64,000 bases of DNA from Azolla caroliniana (Eukaryota > Plantae > Polypodiophyta): the NCBI GenBank assembly GCA_043228905.1, contig JBHGNT010000009.1, positions 11,718,001 through 11,782,000 of the forward strand, in the 5' to 3' direction. Each line of letters opens with the position of its first letter. Position 1 is the stretch's first letter. The notes below the pieces were generated by a model that saw only the letters and a program-made list of their open reading frames with translations, searched no databases and was not told the DNA's origin. A program made the translations under genes and the position numbers. Of the stretch, positions 61,101 to 64,000 are shown piece after piece.

Positions 61101-63996
61101 CGAGTTGGATTCCCTTCAAGCGGCAATACTCCTCGAACTGCCCCCGGTATTCTCCTCTGTTATCTGCTCGAACCGCCTTTAGCTTCCGGCCCGTTTCTCT
61201 TTCCACTCTTGCGTGGAGCTCTTTGAAGACGGATAACACCTGATCCTTTGTCTTTAGCGGTGTGGCCCATAGCATCCGGCTATGGTCATCTATGAACGTC
61301 ACAAAGTACTATGATCCGGCATGTGACTTCGTGTCCACTTGACACACATCAGTATGCACCAACTCCAGTGGTGCATTACGTCTCATTGGTGGCCTTGGTC
61401 GGAAGGAGGTCTGGTTTTGCTTACCGGCCAGACAATCAGTGCACTTCTCCAAGTGCACGTTCTTCATTGGAATGAGGTTGTCGTCTGCAAGCCTCTTCAT
61501 CCCCTTCTCGGTCATGTGACACAGCCTCTTGTGCCACAGCTCACTGGTAGTGTCAACTGCCACGTTCACTTCCTCCGGACATAATCGGGCATTCATCAAG
61601 TACAACGTGTTGACCTTCCGGGCCCGAGCCACAATCAGGCTCCCTTAGCTGAACTTCATAACATCGTTCCGGATGCTACCCGTGTAGCTTTCATCATCTA
61701 GCTGACCGGCTGATATCAGGCTCAGACGAACCTCCGGAACGTGTCAGACATCCTTCAACAGCAGCTTGCATCTGTATGGTATTGTCAAACACACGTCTCC
61801 TATGCCGACAATTCAGCATGTACCTTCATTCCCCATCCGGACACAACCGTGATCACCGGCTGAGTAGGATGAGAAGCATTTCCGGTCTGGGGTAAGGTGG
61901 AACAACGCTTCGGAGTCGACCACCCAGGTCATCTCGTTGCCGGCAAGGTTCAACTCACTCTCCTCAGTGATGAGCATCAACTCTTCTTCACTTTCCGTGA
62001 TTGCGGTCGTTCCCTTCCGGTCCGGCCCCCTCCGGTCTTTACCGTTCTGGTCCGGTGTCCACTTCGAATCGGTACCGTCGGTTTCCTTGTCTTTTCGGAA
62101 GTGCCGACAGTTCTTCTGGAAGTGTCCCAGCTTGCCACAATAGAAGCAAGTAGGCCTTCCCCTTGACTTTGACCGTGTCCTCGACTTTTCCCGGTTCTGG
62201 GGACTACTGTTCCTTTGTCTTCCACGTTCCGATTCGGTAAGGAGCGCTTTGGAGTCGGAGCTCGTATCGTTATCTTTCCGACGCACCTCCTCATCTAGCA
62301 AGCTTGACTTCACTCTTGCTAGGGATAACCGTTTCCCTTCCGGCCTGGCGTTGCCAAAAGTGACAACCAACGTCTCCCAGCTATCTGGGAGGGAACCGAG
62401 CAGGAGTAGTGCTAGTACCTCATCGGTGAGAGGTACTTCCAATGGTGTTGCCTGGTGGATCAGCCCCTGGAAGGAATTCATGTGCTCCGCCATGCTGGAG
62501 CCATCTTGGTACCGGAGTCTTACTAGCTTCCGAAATACCGAAACCTGATTAACAACATTTTTGTTCTGAAACATAATGCCGATCTTCTCCCAGAGCTCAT
62601 GAGCCTTGCTCTCTTCATTGAAGTAGTTGTATAGACTCATGTCGATGAAGCACCGTATGTACGCCGTTGTCTTCATGTGCATCACCTCCCATATCGTGGC
62701 ATCGATTTTGTCCGGTCTCTTGTCCCCGAACTGAACCGGCAACCAAAGGTCTTTAACCACGAGCATGTCCCTCATCTTCGACTTCCACACTGAGTAATTG
62801 GAGCCGGTGAGCTTGAACATGCCTCCCAACAATTCGTCCATTTTCTGTGATTTTTCGCTCTGATACCACTTTGAAAGGACTACACGCTCCTGAAAACCAA
62901 CGCTCGGCCACAACCGAGTCTAGGATCAAACACAGAAAAACGGGTAATGTACGCATGACACAGTAAAGAGAAGAGTACACATGATGTTTACGTGAAAAAC
63001 CCAAACACGTGAAAAACCACGGTAGTCCATAGACTGCAAACTATCACTATGTTACAATATACAATAGATGAACACAAAGGCAACGACCTCTTGTTCATTG
63101 TCTTCACCACAGGCGGCAGTTACAACAGAGACAACGTCCTCTTCGTCTCTCACTCTCTCTCTCTCTGTCACACACTGTACAGAGGTTACACTAACAACTC
63201 TATAATCATTAGTTTGCCCTAAGTCATATTTATACTAATATGACTTTTCGGCTATTTACAAATATAGCCCCAATGGACTCTCAAAAACATATTTACGAAT
63301 ATATCCCTTCATCCGGTGAGCACTCCTCACCGGGCCTGCATCATCCGGCTCTTGCCAGGCACTCGTCATCCGGTTCTCACAGGGCCTTCACCATCCGGCT
63401 CTTGCTGGGCACTCGTCATCCGGTTCTCACCAGGTCTTCACCATCCGGCTCTTGCCGGGCACTCGTCATCCGGTTCTCACCGGGTCTTCCTTGCCGGGTA
63501 CTCCACATCCGGTTCTCACCGGGTCTTCCTTGCCGGGTACTCCACATCCGGTTCTCACCGGGTCTTCCTTGCCGGGTACTCCACATCCGGTTCTCACCGG
63601 GTCTTCTCACTTCTCATCCGGAGGGACCTGTTTCCTAACACTCTCTACACATTAACTATGTGTCATATTCTATGACACATAACTAATGAGTTACATATTC
63701 CCCATGATTATCAGTCTTCACATTCCCCAAGAGTGAGTAGTTGTTGTAGTTAGTTAATGAAGAGAGAGGGTGACTATATATAAAGCACCCTTATCCTACT
63801 TCATATTAAGTCGGTTGTGACTCCTTGTTATGCTACATTTTGTAATTCTTATTCTACTTGTGAAATGTACACCTTCTTCTTGAGTATTCATTTTTCTATC
63901 TATCTTGTGTTCTCTCGTCTCTCCTCTAATTCCTCTCACACATACACATAACACACATCTCTTTCGCTACACAAGAATCATACCCGATTCTTTACA
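58105..63996 (+). mobile_element. 5' LTR of Copia-I (D-like family), split by Copia-H; the element runs out of the window
   Basis: Starts TGCTGAGAATCAAGCTCAAC at 58105, resumes at 63646, ends ...TTCTTTACA at 63996 followed by the PBS start TGGT. Confidence 0.85.
58198..63640 (-). mobile_element. Copia-H, Tnt1/Tork-like full-length Ty1/copia
   Basis: LTRs 58198-58787 and 62872-63640; TSD CTCTC; PBS about 62857-62868; PPT about 58790-58800. gag 62840-61813 (CFYCGKLGHFQKNC); integrase (NGLAERMNRTI); RT ([10 protein letters not shown]); RNase H (ALSTTEAEY). Confidence 0.95.
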
Positions 63997-64000
63997 TGGT

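Noticed and set aside
63240-63675. Repetitive-peptide ORFs (RFSPGLPCRVLHI)n
   Set aside because: They arise from the 39-bp LTR tandem repeat being open in several frames.

Overview
Repeat-dominated eukaryotic genomic DNA, most likely from a non-seed land plant such as a moss (inferred from the retrotransposon types and the plant-type TOP1). There is one intact host gene: DNA topoisomerase IB (TOP1) on the minus strand, with 15 coding exons at 9529-20634 encoding about 925 aa. Most of the rest is nested LTR retrotransposons, and most nested elements could be bounded by LTR, PBS, PPT and TSD. The main nest is four levels deep: chromovirus Gypsy-A (21900-50618) > Copia-B (25546-47336) > tRNA-Trp-primed Gypsy-C (26933-44918) > Copia-E and Copia-D. 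Main observations: (1) Copia-D sits at the same position in both LTRs of Gypsy-C, suggesting it was copied as a passenger. (2) A non-coding, Trp-primed mini-LTR element carries a tRNA-like Pol III A/B-box module in its LTRs. (3) That element occurs as an inverted dimer of two different copies bounded by one 4-bp TSD. (4) One Copia family has a conserved 150-220 aa C-terminal Pol extension after RNase H, with a duplicated PPT. All coordinates were read by eye; no alignments or database searches were run.
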